Source: Betaproteobacteria bacterium
GTDB taxonomy: Bacteria > Pseudomonadota > Gammaproteobacteria > Burkholderiales > Burkholderiaceae_C
Assembly: GCA_031417735.1 (NCBI GenBank)
Contig: JANOWE010000174.1
Coordinates: 2,358 to 66,357, forward strand
DNA length: 64,000 bases
Reading direction: 5' to 3'
Shown: piece by piece, positions 38,536-48,706 of the stretch
How positions within the stretch are numbered: the stretch's first letter is position 1
Layout of the letters: each line of letters opens with the position of its first letter
Made by a program: the position numbers and the translations under genes
The notes under the pieces: generated by a model
Databases searched by the model: none
Told to the model about the DNA's origin: nothing
What the model saw: the letters and a program-made list of their open reading frames with translations, nothing else

Positions 38536-40808
38536 GCCGGCGCCCCAACAGCGGCGCCGTGCTGCCGCCAGCCTTGCGCGGTCTGCTTGACGGCGCCATG
38601 CCCGGCGGAACCGCCGCGGCCGTGTCCGGCTTGTCGCGGCGCAGCTTCATCGCCAGCGCCGGCCTGGCCAGCGGCGCGCTGGTGCTGGGTTTTCCGCTGC
38701 GTGCGTCGGCCCAGGGCCAGGCGCCTGAGCTCAACGCCTGGGTCGTGGTGCAGCCCGATGAGAGAGTCATCATCCGCATCGCCCGCAGCGAGATGGGCCA
38801 GGGCACCTTGACCGGCCTGGCTCAGATGGTGGCCGAAGAGCTTGGCTGCGACTGGGCCCGCGTGAGCACCGAATACCCCACGCCGGGTCAGAACCTCAAG
38901 CGCAGCCGGGCCTGGGGCAACTTCTCCACCGGCGGCAGCCGGGGCATCCGCGAGTCGCACGACTATGTTCGCAAGGGCGGTGCCGCGGCCCGCATGATGC
39001 TGGTGCAGGCCGCCGCCGACGGCTGGGGCGTGCCGGCGGCCGACTGCCGCGTCGACAAGGGGCTGGTCAGCCACCCGGCCAGCAAGCGCCGCGCCAGCTA
39101 TGGCCAGCTGGCCGCCGCTGCGGGCAAGCTCACGCCGCCGGCCAACGTGGTGCTCAAAGACCCGAAGGACTGGCAACTCATCGGCCAACCTCTGGCCCGC
39201 CTGGACACGGCGGAGAAAACCACGGGTGCCCAGGTCTATGGCATGGATCTGTTGCTGCCCGGCATGCTCAACGCCGCGGTGCGCGACTGCCCGGTGTTCG
39301 GCGGCAAGCTCAAGTCCTTTGACGCGGCGGCGGTCAGCGGCCGGCCCGGCGTGAAGAAGGTGCTGCAGATCAGCGACAGCGCGGTGGTGGTGGTGGCCGA
39401 CACCTGGTGGCGGGCCAAGACCGCACTCGACGCGCTGCCCATCGCCTGGGACTTCGGCCCCAACGGCCAGGTCCAGCAGGCCGACATCGACGCCATGCTC
39501 AAGGAAGGCCTGTCGGCCGACAAGGCGGCCGTGGGCAACAGCAACGGCGACGCCAAGGCCGCGCTGGCCGGCGCGGCGCGGCGGATCGAAGCGGTCTACG
39601 GCGTGCCGCACCAGAACCACGCCACCATGGAGCCGATGAACGCCACCGCGCTGTTCACCGCCGCCGCCGGCGTCCAGCCCGCGCGATGCGAGGTCTGGAC
39701 GCCAACGCAGAATGGCGAGGCCGCGCTGGCCGCCACCGCCGAGGCCGCGGGTCTGCCGCCGGCGCAGTGCGAGGTCTACAAGATCCACCTCGGTGGTGGC
39801 TTCGGCCGGCGCGGTGCGGTGCACGACTGGGTGCGCCAGGCGGTGGCCATTGCCAAGGCCATGCCGGGCACGCCGGTCAAGCTGCTGTGGACGCGCGAGG
39901 AGGACATGGCCCATGGCCTGTACCACCCGATCACCCAGTGCAAGCTCAGCGCCGGACTGGACGCGCAGGGGCAGTTGCAGGCGCTGCACATGCGCATCTC
40001 GGGCCAGTCGATCCTGGCCGGGCTGTTTCCGCAGAACCTGCGTGACGGCAAGGATCCGGTGGTGTTCCAGGGCCTGAACAACGGCGGCGGCGAGGCCATG
40101 TTCGGCTACAGCGTGCCACACCTGCTGATCGACCACGCCATGCGCAACCCGCATGTGCCGCCGGGCTTCTGGCGCGGGGTGAACCTGAACCAGAATGCGA
40201 TCTATGTCGAATGCTTCATCGACGAGGTCGCTCACGCCACCGGCCAGGACCCGCTGGCCCTGCGCCGCAGCCTGATGAAGGCCCACCCTCTGCACCTGCG
40301 TGTGCTCAACGCCGTGGCCGAGCGCGCCGGCTGGGGCCAGCCGGCGGCCGACATCGCCGGGCAGAAGGTGTTTCGTGGCCTCGCGCAAACCCATGGCTTC
40401 GGCAGCTATGTCGCGGCCTGCGCCGAGGTCTCGGTCAACCCGGCGGGCGAGCTGACCATGCACCGCATCGTCGCCGCCACCGACCCCGGCCACGCCGTCA
40501 ACCCGCAGCAGATCGCGGCCCAGGTCGAGGGCTCGTTCGCCTATGGCCTGTCGGCCGCGCTGTACGGCGCCTGCACGGTCAAGGACGGCCGCATGGAGCA
40601 GACCAACTTCGACACCTATCCGGTGCTGAAGATGGCGGCCATGCCCAAGGTCGAGGCCCTGGTGCTGCCGTCGGGCGGCTTCTGGGGCGGCGTGGGCGAG
40701 CCGACGATTGCGGTGGCGGCGCCGGCGGTGCTCAACGCGATCTTTGCCGCGACAGGTGTGCGCATCCGTCAGTTGCCGCTGGCTCAGCAAAGCCTGAAAC
40801 GTGCTTGA
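38532..40808 (+). CDS. Molybdopterin-binding large subunit, IorB/aldehyde oxidoreductase family, Tat-exported
   Basis: Tat motif SRRSFI; RSEMGQGT; TGGSRG; HATMEP; GGGFGRR; FWRGV; GVGEP. ATGA overlap with the small subunit. Confidence 0.92.
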
Positions 40809-41184
40809 ACGGGCCTTGACCGTCGCTCTGACCCTGACCAGCCTGGCCGCATCGGCGCAAGCAGCGGGCGACCCCCAGCGTGGCGCGGCGATCGTGGCCG
40901 GCCGCAGCGCCGGCCTGTGTGTGCTGTGCCATGCGGTGCCCGGCGTGCCGGCCACGCAGGTCGGCAACCTGGGGCCTGATCTGGCCGGTGTGGGCATGCG
41001 CTTGAACGCAGCCGATCTGCGCCAGCGCCTGCTGGCGCCCGAACGCAGCAACCCCGAGACGGTGATGCCGGCGTATGGCCGCAGCGAAGGTCTGGTCCAG
41101 GTGAGCAGCGCCCGCCAGGGCCAGCCGCTGCTGGGCGAGCAGCAGATCGAGGATGTGCTGGCCTATCTGGGCACGCTGAAGTGA
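40801..41184 (+). CDS. soxX: SoxX-like monoheme c-type cytochrome
   Basis: Sec signal; CVLCH; GNLGPDL; NPETVMP (distal Met). Overlaps the upstream stop. Confidence 0.85.
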   Translation: MLERALTVALTLTSLAASAQAAGDPQRGAAIVAGRSAGLCVLCHAVPGVPATQVGNLGPDLAGVGMRLNAADLRQRLLAPERSNPETVMPAYGRSEGLVQVSSARQGQPLLGEQQIEDVLAYLGTLK

Positions 41185-41660
41185 GCCGAACCACCGCCCT
41201 GCCCTCGCGCCGCCGACTGATGGGCCAGGGCCTGCTGCTGGCTTTGTCGGTGCGGCCGTTGTCGGCGCTGGCGCTGCCGCTGGAGCCGTCGCTGCTGGCC
41301 GCGATCAAGGCCTGGGCCGCCGGCACGCCGCCGCAGACCGGCCGCGTCGCGTTGGACATCGCCCCCCTGGTGGACAACGGCAACGCGGTGCCGGTGGTCA
41401 TACGCGTGCAAAGCACCATGACCGAGGCCGACCATGTGCGCGAGCTCGTGGTGTTCAACGAACGCAACCCGCAGCGCGACATGCTGCGCTGCCAGCTCGG
41501 CCCGGCCAACGGCGCGGTCAACGGCGCGGCCCAGGTCAGCGCCCGGCTGCGCCTGGCCACCAGCCAGCGCCTGGTGGCGCTGGCGCGCATGGCCGACGGC
41601 AGCGTCTGGCAGCACCAGGTCGAGGTCATCGTCACCCTGGCCGCCTGCATCGAGTCCTGA
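41181..41660 (+). CDS. SoxY paralogue with non-canonical C-terminal arm (VTLAACIES instead of VTIGGCGG)
   Basis: Tat motif SRRRL; PLVDNGNAVP; NPQ; ARLRLATSQ; terminal AACIES. Confidence 0.85.
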   Translation: MSRTTALPSRRRLMGQGLLLALSVRPLSALALPLEPSLLAAIKAWAAGTPPQTGRVALDIAPLVDNGNAVPVVIRVQSTMTEADHVRELVVFNERNPQRDMLRCQLGPANGAVNGAAQVSARLRLATSQRLVALARMADGSVWQHQVEVIVTLAACIES

Positions 41661-41671
41661 CCCGAACGACC

Positions 41672-41995
41672 ATGGCCGCCCGCATCCTGCTGCACATTCC
41701 CAGCCCGGCCCGGCGCGGCGAGGTGGTCGAACTGCGCGCGACCATCGGCCACGCCATGGAAACCGGCCTGCGCCCCGACAGCCAGGGCCGCACGGTGCCG
41801 CGAAACACCATCACCCGCTTCGAATGCCGGCTCGACGGCGTGCTGGTATTCGGCGCCGACCTCTACCCCGCCACCGCCGCCAATCCCTACCTCGGCTTCA
41901 CGCTGCTGGCGCAGCGCAGCGGCACGCTGCAGTTCAGCTGGACCGGCGACCAGGGCTTCAGCCACAGCGAGACCCGGCCGTTCACGGTGACATGA
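41672..41995 (+). CDS. soxZ: SoxZ-like protein
   Basis: GEVVEL...HAMETG; AANPY...F; FSWTGD. No signal peptide, as expected for SoxZ. Confidence 0.88.
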   Translation: MAARILLHIPSPARRGEVVELRATIGHAMETGLRPDSQGRTVPRNTITRFECRLDGVLVFGADLYPATAANPYLGFTLLAQRSGTLQFSWTGDQGFSHSETRPFTVT

Positions 41996-42750
41996 ACGGC
42001 CTGCGTTCGGTCGCCGCCACGACCCTGGCCTTGACCCTGGTGTTGGCAGCACAGGCCGACCCGCGCCGCAGCGGCGCCACGGCCATGAGCCCTGAGTTGC
42101 AGGCCTGGCAGGCGGACGACACGCGCAATCCGGCCCAGCTGTGGGTGGGCGAGGGCCAGGCGCTGTGGCAGCGCGCGGCCGCCAACGGCGCCAGCTGCGC
42201 CGGCTGCCATGCGCCGCAAAGCCTGGCCGGCGTGGCGCTGCGCTACCCGGCATTCGACGCGCGGCTGGGTCGCGCGCTGAGCCTGGCCGGGCGCATCGAC
42301 CAATGCCGCCAGCGCCACCAGGGACTGCCCGCCCAAGGGCCGGATGGCGCCGAGGTGCTGCCGCTGAACGCCTGGCTGGCGCACCAGGGCCGGGGCCTGC
42401 CCATCGCGCCACCCGCTGACACCCGGCTGGCGCCCGCGCAGGCCCGGGGCGCGCAGATCTGGTTGCAGCGCCTGGGCCAGCTCAACCTGTCGTGCGCCCA
42501 ATGCCATGAGCAGCGCGCCGGCGGCCGGCTGGGCGGCACGCTCATCCCGCAGGCTCACCCCACGGCCTACCCGGTGTACCGGCTGGAATGGCAGGCCTTG
42601 GGCTCGCTGCAGCGCCGGATGCGCGGCTGCCTGGTGGGCGTGCGCGCCGAACCCTTCGCGCCCGACTCAGCCGACTGGGTGGCGCTGGAGGCCTACCTGA
42701 TGCAGCGCGCGGCCGGCATGGTCAGCGAGGGCGCCGGGCTGCGGCCCTGA
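41992..42750 (+). CDS. soxA: SoxA-like diheme c-type cytochrome
   Basis: Signal peptide; CAGCH; RIDQC; GQLNLSCAQCH; YPVYRLEW; RRMRGC active-site Cys; ALEAYL. ATGA overlap with soxZ. Confidence 0.88.
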   Translation: MNGLRSVAATTLALTLVLAAQADPRRSGATAMSPELQAWQADDTRNPAQLWVGEGQALWQRAAANGASCAGCHAPQSLAGVALRYPAFDARLGRALSLAGRIDQCRQRHQGLPAQGPDGAEVLPLNAWLAHQGRGLPIAPPADTRLAPAQARGAQIWLQRLGQLNLSCAQCHEQRAGGRLGGTLIPQAHPTAYPVYRLEWQALGSLQRRMRGCLVGVRAEPFAPDSADWVALEAYLMQRAAGMVSEGAGLRP

Positions 42751-42803
42751 CCCTGCAGCGCTCGACGGCGGCGCCGTCATCGAGCTCACATCGATGCGCA
42801 GTT

Positions 42804-42821
42804 TGATGCACAATAGCATCA
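42804..42821. promoter_or_regulatory. Inverted repeat TGATGC-N6-GCATCA in the AT-rich vapBC promoter (probable autoregulatory operator)
   Basis: Read directly, ~33 bp upstream of the antitoxin ATG. VapBC complexes typically bind promoter palindromes. Confidence 0.55.
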
Positions 42822-42853
42822 TATTTATCATCAAGCTCTGTCTGAAACAAACC

Positions 42854-43063
42854 ATGCGAACCACGTTGACCATCGACGACGAGCTGTTCGACCAGGCCAT
42901 GGCCCTGTCTGAGGCCGGCATCGACAAGGCCGAACTGCTGCGCGAGGCGATGCGCACCTATGTGCGCGTGCAGGCCGCCAAGCGCCTGGCTGCGCTGGGC
43001 GGTGCCGCGCCGGCCATGTCGCCCGTGCCACGCCGCCGGCCGGTCAATGACCCCCGACCGTGA
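42854..43063 (+). CDS. vapB: Type II antitoxin, VapB family (RHH-type)
   Basis: MRTTLTIDDEL...ELLREAMRTYVRVQAAKRLAALGG; precedes a PIN toxin. Confidence 0.88.
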   Translation: MRTTLTIDDELFDQAMALSEAGIDKAELLREAMRTYVRVQAAKRLAALGGAAPAMSPVPRRRPVNDPRP

Positions 43064-43443
43064 GCGCGGTTCTCGCTGACACCTCCATCTGGGTGGCGCA
43101 TTTCCGCCGGGCCAATGCCGAGTTGCAGGCCTTGGCCAGTGCCGACCGATTGCTCTGCCACCCGCTGGTGGTGCTGGAGCTGGCCTGCGGCACGCCACCG
43201 GCGCCGCGCCAGACCACGCTGTCCGCGCTGCGCCAGCTGCGCCAGGCCACGCAGGCCAGCCTGGACGAAACGCTGGCGCTGGTGGAAGGTGAACGATTGT
43301 TCGACGCCGGCTGCGGCGCGGTGGACATGGCCCTGCTGGCCGCCGTGCGCCTGACGCCCGGCGCCTTGCTGTGGACACTGGACAAGCCTTTGCAGGCGCT
43401 GGCCCGGCGCCTGGGCGTGGCGCACGCCGCTGCCCCGCACTGA
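43060..43443 (+). CDS. vapC: Type II toxin, VapC family (PIN domain)
   Basis: VLADTSIW; HPLVVLELACG; GCGAVDMALLA; LWTLDK. GTGA overlap. Confidence 0.9.
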   Translation: MSAVLADTSIWVAHFRRANAELQALASADRLLCHPLVVLELACGTPPAPRQTTLSALRQLRQATQASLDETLALVEGERLFDAGCGAVDMALLAAVRLTPGALLWTLDKPLQALARRLGVAHAAAPH

Positions 43444-43458
43444 GGCGCGCCGCCCTGC

Positions 43459-44774
43459 TCAGCGGTGCGGCGCGGCAGCCGCCGCAGCGGCCCGCAACTT
43501 GTCCTTCTTGCTCGGCCGCCGGCCCTTGACGCCACCCGTCGGGTCGGCCGGCAGCTCCGCCAACACCAGCGCGACAGGCTCGAAACCGGCTTCGATCTCG
43601 CGCGGCACGCGCTGGCCCTGGCGCTTCTCGATCAGCCGGAAATGGGCCTCGCTGCCCGGCGCGTCGGCCAGGATGAAGCTCACCGCCAGCCCAGCCAGAC
43701 CGGCGCGACCACCGCGGCCCACGCGGTGGGTGTGGTCCACCGCCGAGCGCGGCAGGTCATGGTTGACGACCACGCCCAGGCCGGCCACGTCGATGCCGCG
43801 CGCGGCCAGGTCGGTGGCCACCAGAACGGCCAGCGTGCCATGGCCGAACTCGGCCAGCACCTGGTGGCGGCGGCCGGCGCTGAGCTGACCATGCAGCGCG
43901 GCAGCGCGAAGCCCCGCGCGCTGCAGCTTGGCCGCCACCTGTTCGCTGGCATGCTGGGTCGCCACGAACACCAGCACCCGGGCCCAGCCATGGCGCTCGA
44001 TCAGATGGCGCAGCAACAGATTGCGCCGGCCGCTGTCGACCACGATCGCGCGCTGGGCCACGCTCACGGCGGCGGCATCGCCGGCCGGCCGCACATCGAC
44101 CCGCTGCGGGTTGCGCAGCAGCTGGTTGGCCAGCGCCTGCACCTCGTCGGGCAGCGTGGCCGAGAACATCCAGGTCTGGCGCTGCGCCGGCAGCCTGGCC
44201 AGCAGCGCGCCCAGCTCGTCGGCAAAGCCCAGGTCGAGCAGGCGGTCGGCCTCGTCGAGCACCAGCAGCTGCAGCGAGCCCAGCGGCAGCGCGTTGTGGC
44301 GCACCAGGTCCAGCAGCCGGCCGGGCGTGGCCACCACCAGGTCGGCGCCGCCGCGCAAGGCCAGCAGCTGGGTGTTGACCGAGCCGCCACCCACCGCCAC
44401 CACGGTGGTCAATGGCGGGCCCAGGGCGCGCAGCACGGCTGCGGTCTGCAAGGCCAGCTCCCGCGTCGGACAAAGCACCAGGGCGCGCAGCGGCAGGCGG
44501 CGCTGCGGTGCGGGCCGGTGTCCGACGGCATGCCGACCAGTTTTTGCAGCAGGGGCAACACAAAGGCCGCTGTCTTGCCCGAGCCGGTGGGCGCGGTGGC
44601 CAGCATGTCGGCGCCCTGCACCATGGCCGGCATGGCCGCAGCCTGCACCGGTGTGGGCCGGGCCCAGCCCAGCGTGGCGGCAGCGCGCAGCAGGCCGGGC
44701 GCAAACAGGTCCAGGCTGGCCAGGGTGGCCGCCGACGCGGGTGTGGCAACGGGGGTTGAGTCAGCAGGCAGCAC
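43459..44774 (-). pseudogene. DEAD-box RNA helicase (RhlE/DbpA-like) split by a frameshift near 44490-44550; pseudogene or sequencing error
   Basis: Q motif PTPVQ and Walker A GSGKT are in one frame. PTRE, TPGRL, DEAD, SAT, ATDLAARGID and HRVGRGGR are in another. Start approximate. Confidence 0.8.
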
Positions 44775-44978
44775 GGCGGCAGCGCCTCGGCGGGCCCCTG
44801 GACTTGGGGCGGGCGCGCAGTGTACGGCGGCGGCCAACACACAATGGCAGGCAGCGCTGCTGCGGGGGCGCTGACAAGGGCTGTGGGGCCATGGGCCGGA
44901 CACCGAACCGGACGCTCCATCACGCTCAGGATGGACGATGGCGCGCTGTCCCACACTGCAGGCGCCGCGCAGCCCGCT

Positions 44979-45365
44979 TCAGTCTTGTTCGGCCTGCAGA
45001 TACAGCCGCTGGCGCACCACGCCGTGCACCGCGCTGCGCAGCACCAGGCGCAGGGCCTGACCAGCGGCCAATTGGCGTGAAAAGCGGTAGTCCAGGCTGT
45101 CGCTCTGGCCCGGCAGGCTGGCCTGGATGCGGCGCTGCCATTGCAATGCGCCGTCGGCCAGCACCGTCAGCTCGAACCACTCGCCGTCCAGCTCGGCCGG
45201 GCAGCGCACCTGCAGGCTGCAGCTGATCTCGAAGCGGCGTTCATGCAGCAGATCGGCCGGCACCAGCAGCACCGCCTGGGCGGCGTCGCCGGCGTCGGTG
45301 ATCCAGCGCTCGGGCCGGGGGGGCGCTGCAGCAGGCCCGGCCACGCGGGCACGGGGGGTGGCCAT
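44979..45365 (-). CDS. Hypothetical beta-rich protein, 128 aa
   Basis: ATG overlaps the crotonase stop (TGATG coupling); alternating beta-strand-like pattern; no recognised family. Confidence 0.7.
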   Translation of the reverse strand: MATPRARVAGPAAAPPRPERWITDAGDAAQAVLLVPADLLHERRFEISCSLQVRCPAELDGEWFELTVLADGALQWQRRIQASLPGQSDSLDYRFSRQLAAGQALRLVLRSAVHGVVRQRLYLQAEQD

Positions 45366-46153
45366 CAGCGGCTGGGTCTTTGTTCGAAGAACTCGGCCAG
45401 TGCGGCCGCATGCTCGGCCGTGTGGTGGGCCTGGCCCTGGAACACCGCCGCCTGGTCCAGCGCCTGGTCCAGCGTGCTGTGCTGGCCCTGGCGCAGCAGC
45501 TGCTTGGTCCAGCGCAGCGCCTGGCGCGGGTTGGTGGCGATGCGCCCGGCCAGCGCCAGCGCCTCTTTCATCAGCGACCCGGACTCGACCACCCGTGAGA
45601 CCAGGCCGATGCGCAGCGCCTCGGCGGCGTCGATCACGTCCCCGGTCAGCGCCAGCTCCGCGGCCTTGGACATGCCCACCACCCTGGGCAACAGCCAGGC
45701 GCCGCCGTCGCCGGGCACGATGCCGAGCTTGACGAAGCTTTCGGCAAAGCGCGCCGTGCTCGCGGCGATGCGGATGTCGCACAAACAGGCCAGATCATTG
45801 CCGGCACCGATGGCCGCGCCATTGACCGCCGCGATGATGGGCAGCTGCAGGCGCTGGAAGGCACGCGGAATGCGCTGGATGCCGTCGCGGTAGCCCTGGG
45901 CGATCTGCTCGGGCGAGCCGCCGAACATGCCACCCCGGTTGCGCATTTCGGCCAGGTTGCCGCCCGAGCAGAAGGCGCTGCCGGCGCCGGTGAGCACCAA
46001 CGCACGCAATTCTGGCTCAGCGTCAAGCTGGGCAAAGGTCTGCTCGAAGGCGGCAAACAGGTCCTCGCCCGACAGCGCATTGCGCGTGTGGGGCCGGTTC
46101 AAGGTCAGCACCGCGACCGGGCCATGGCGCTGCACAAGCAAGGGGTCGTTCAT
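45365..46153 (-). CDS. Enoyl-CoA hydratase/isomerase (crotonase)
   Basis: LNRPHTRNAL; FCSGGNL; AAVNGAAIGAG; FAESFVKLGIVPGDGG. Confidence 0.92.
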   Translation of the reverse strand: MNDPLLVQRHGPVAVLTLNRPHTRNALSGEDLFAAFEQTFAQLDAEPELRALVLTGAGSAFCSGGNLAEMRNRGGMFGGSPEQIAQGYRDGIQRIPRAFQRLQLPIIAAVNGAAIGAGNDLACLCDIRIAASTARFAESFVKLGIVPGDGGAWLLPRVVGMSKAAELALTGDVIDAAEALRIGLVSRVVESGSLMKEALALAGRIATNPRQALRWTKQLLRQGQHSTLDQALDQAAVFQGQAHHTAEHAAALAEFFEQRPSR

Positions 46154-46293
46154 GGTCGTCTCCGGTGGGTCTGGGCGGTTGGCGATGGTAGCCAATGCCC
46201 ATGCCTATGGGTCATGACCGCGACAGTGTGGGCCAGGGCACCGGTGTAGGCTGCATCTGGCCGACTCCTCACCGAACAAAATCGGAACCCACC

Positions 46294-47553
46294 ATGCCAG
46301 ATCTGCAACGGCAAGTCGAACGCGATCGCGTCTGGGCCATGCCGCTGGAAGCCATCGATCCGTCCAAGGGCTGGCTGTTCGAACATGACCTGGTCGACCT
46401 GCATTTCGAGCGCCTGCGTTCCGAAGACCCGGTGCACTTGAGCCCCAGCAAGCGCTATGGCCCCTACTGGTCGGTCACCCGCTACCAGGACATCATGGCC
46501 GTGGACACCAACCCGGCGGCCTTCTCGTCCGACGCCCACCGGGGTGGCATCACGCTGGCCGAGCGGCCGCCGGGCGAGGTCTTGCCCAGCTTCATCGCGA
46601 TGGACGAGCCCCGCCATGGCCAACAGCGCAAGACGGTGAGCCCTATCGTGGCGCCGGCCAACCTGGCGCTGCTGGAGGCGACCATCCGCCAACGCGCCGC
46701 CACCATCCTGGACGACCTGCCCATCGGCGAGCCCTTCGACTGGGTGCAGCGGGTGTCCATCGAGCTGACAACACAGATGCTGGCCACGCTGTTCGATTTT
46801 CCGTTCGAGCAGCGCCAGCTGCTGACCTGGTGGTCGGACATGGCCACCGGCGACCCCGACGGCAACGGGCCGGTGCAGTCCTGGGCCATGCGGCTGACCG
46901 AGCTGGGCAAATGCCGCGACCATTTCACCCAGCTCTGGAACCAGCGCGTGAACGCCGAGCCCGGGCCCGACCTGATCTCGATGCTGGCCCATTCGCCGGC
47001 CACCCGCGACATGGCGCCCGACGAATACCTGGGCAACGTGATCCTGCTCATCGTGGGTGGCAACGACACCACACGCAATTCCATCAGCGGGGGGCTGCTG
47101 GCGCTGAACCAGTTTCCGGCCGAGTACGACAAGCTGCGCACCAACCCGGCGCTGGTGGCCAGCCTGGTGCCCGAGATCATCCGCTGGCAGACGCCCCTGG
47201 TCCATATGCGGCGCACCGCGCTGCAGGACACGGTGCTGGCCGACAAGCTCATCCGCAAGGGCGACAAGGTGGTGATGTGGTATTTGTCGGGCAACCGCGA
47301 CGAGACGGCCATCGCGCAGGCCAACCAGTTCATCATCGACCGCGCCCGGCCGCGCCAGCACCTGAGCTTCGGCTTCGGCATCCACCGCTGCGTGGGCAAC
47401 CGCCTGGCCGAGCTGCAGCTGACCGTGCTGTGGCAAGAGATCCTGCAGCGCTTTCCGCGCATCGAGGTGGTCGGCACACCGAAGCGCACCAGATCAAACT
47501 TCGTGCGGGGCTTCTTGACCATGCCGGTGCGAATACCGCAGCGCTTGAACTGA
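46294..47553 (+). CDS. Cytochrome P450, CYP153-like (alkane/fatty acid terminal hydroxylase family)
   Basis: YGPYWSVT; FIAMDEPRH; LLIVGGNDTTRNS; EIIRWQTPL..MRRTA; heme motif FGFGIHRCVG. Confidence 0.9.
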   Translation: MPDLQRQVERDRVWAMPLEAIDPSKGWLFEHDLVDLHFERLRSEDPVHLSPSKRYGPYWSVTRYQDIMAVDTNPAAFSSDAHRGGITLAERPPGEVLPSFIAMDEPRHGQQRKTVSPIVAPANLALLEATIRQRAATILDDLPIGEPFDWVQRVSIELTTQMLATLFDFPFEQRQLLTWWSDMATGDPDGNGPVQSWAMRLTELGKCRDHFTQLWNQRVNAEPGPDLISMLAHSPATRDMAPDEYLGNVILLIVGGNDTTRNSISGGLLALNQFPAEYDKLRTNPALVASLVPEIIRWQTPLVHMRRTALQDTVLADKLIRKGDKVVMWYLSGNRDETAIAQANQFIIDRARPRQHLSFGFGIHRCVGNRLAELQLTVLWQEILQRFPRIEVVGTPKRTRSNFVRGFLTMPVRIPQRLN

Positions 47554-47566
47554 GACAGGGTTGAGC

Positions 47567-48601
47567 ATGAGCATGCACACCACGGTCACCGAACAGGTTG
47601 TCAAGACCGCCCGCCACACCAGCTTCTACCTCGGCGCGGGCCGGGCCGATGCGCCGCTGATCATCTTTGTGCATGGCTGGCCCGAGCTGTCCATCAGCTG
47701 GCGCCACCAGCTGCAGTGCTTTGCGGCACTGGGCTTTCGGGTGGTCGCGCCCGACATGCGCGGCTATGGCCGATCGACCGTGCATGCCGGTCTGGGAGAC
47801 TATGCGCTGGAGCACATCGTGGCCGACATGCGCGAGCTGCTGGCCGGGCTGGGTTCCAAATCGGCGCTGTGGGTCGGCCATGACTGGGGCGCGCAGGTGG
47901 TGTGGAGCCTGGCCCGGCAACACCCCGAACTGGTCGACGGCCTGGCCAGCCTGTGCGTGCCCTATCTGCCCGGCGGCTTCTGCCCCGACCAGGTCATCCC
48001 GCTGGTCGACCGGGCGCTGTACCCGGCCGAGCACTACCCCGCCGGCCAGTGGGACTACCAGCTGTTCTACGAAGAGCAGTTCGAACGCGCCTGCGCGGTG
48101 TTCGACGCCCAGCCGCGCAACCTGATCAAGGCGCTGTTCCGCAAGGGCAGCCCGGCCGGACGCGGCAAGCCCGCCGGCACCGCGTCGGTGCGCCGCAATG
48201 GCGGCTGGTTTGGCGGCGCCGACATGGCGCCCGACCTGCCGCTGGACACCGATTTGCTCAGCGCAGAAGACCTGCAGCGCTACGCCACGGCGCTGGCCAT
48301 CAACGGCAGCTTCGGGCCCAACGCCTGGTACATGAATGCCCGGGCCAACGCCGATTACGCCCACCGTGCGGCGCCCGACAGCCGGCTGGCCATGCCGGTG
48401 CTGTTCTTCCATGCCGCCTACGACTACGTCTGCGACACCATCGGCTCACGCCTGGCCGAGCCGATGCGTGCAGCCTGCGCCGACCTGACGGAGCTGACCC
48501 TGCCCACCGGCCACTGGATGGCACAAGAGCGGCCCGAACTGGTCAATGCCGGGCTGGCACGCTGGCTGGCCGCACGGTTCCCGCAGCACGGGCCAGGCTG
48601 A
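47567..48601 (+). CDS. Alpha/beta hydrolase, epoxide hydrolase (EphA/sEH-like)
   Basis: HGWPE; APDMRGYG; GHDWG (Asp nucleophile); WDYQ; GHW...E. Confidence 0.9.
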   Translation: MSMHTTVTEQVVKTARHTSFYLGAGRADAPLIIFVHGWPELSISWRHQLQCFAALGFRVVAPDMRGYGRSTVHAGLGDYALEHIVADMRELLAGLGSKSALWVGHDWGAQVVWSLARQHPELVDGLASLCVPYLPGGFCPDQVIPLVDRALYPAEHYPAGQWDYQLFYEEQFERACAVFDAQPRNLIKALFRKGSPAGRGKPAGTASVRRNGGWFGGADMAPDLPLDTDLLSAEDLQRYATALAINGSFGPNAWYMNARANADYAHRAAPDSRLAMPVLFFHAAYDYVCDTIGSRLAEPMRAACADLTELTLPTGHWMAQERPELVNAGLARWLAARFPQHGPG

Positions 48602-48706
48602 CAACTTGATGGGCACCCGGCGGCGGCGCACAGCCGCTGTGCAAGCCTGGGCCTGGGCCGCGCCGACAATTCGGCGGCACTCTCCTTCTGCCCTCCCCCG
48701 CCCACC

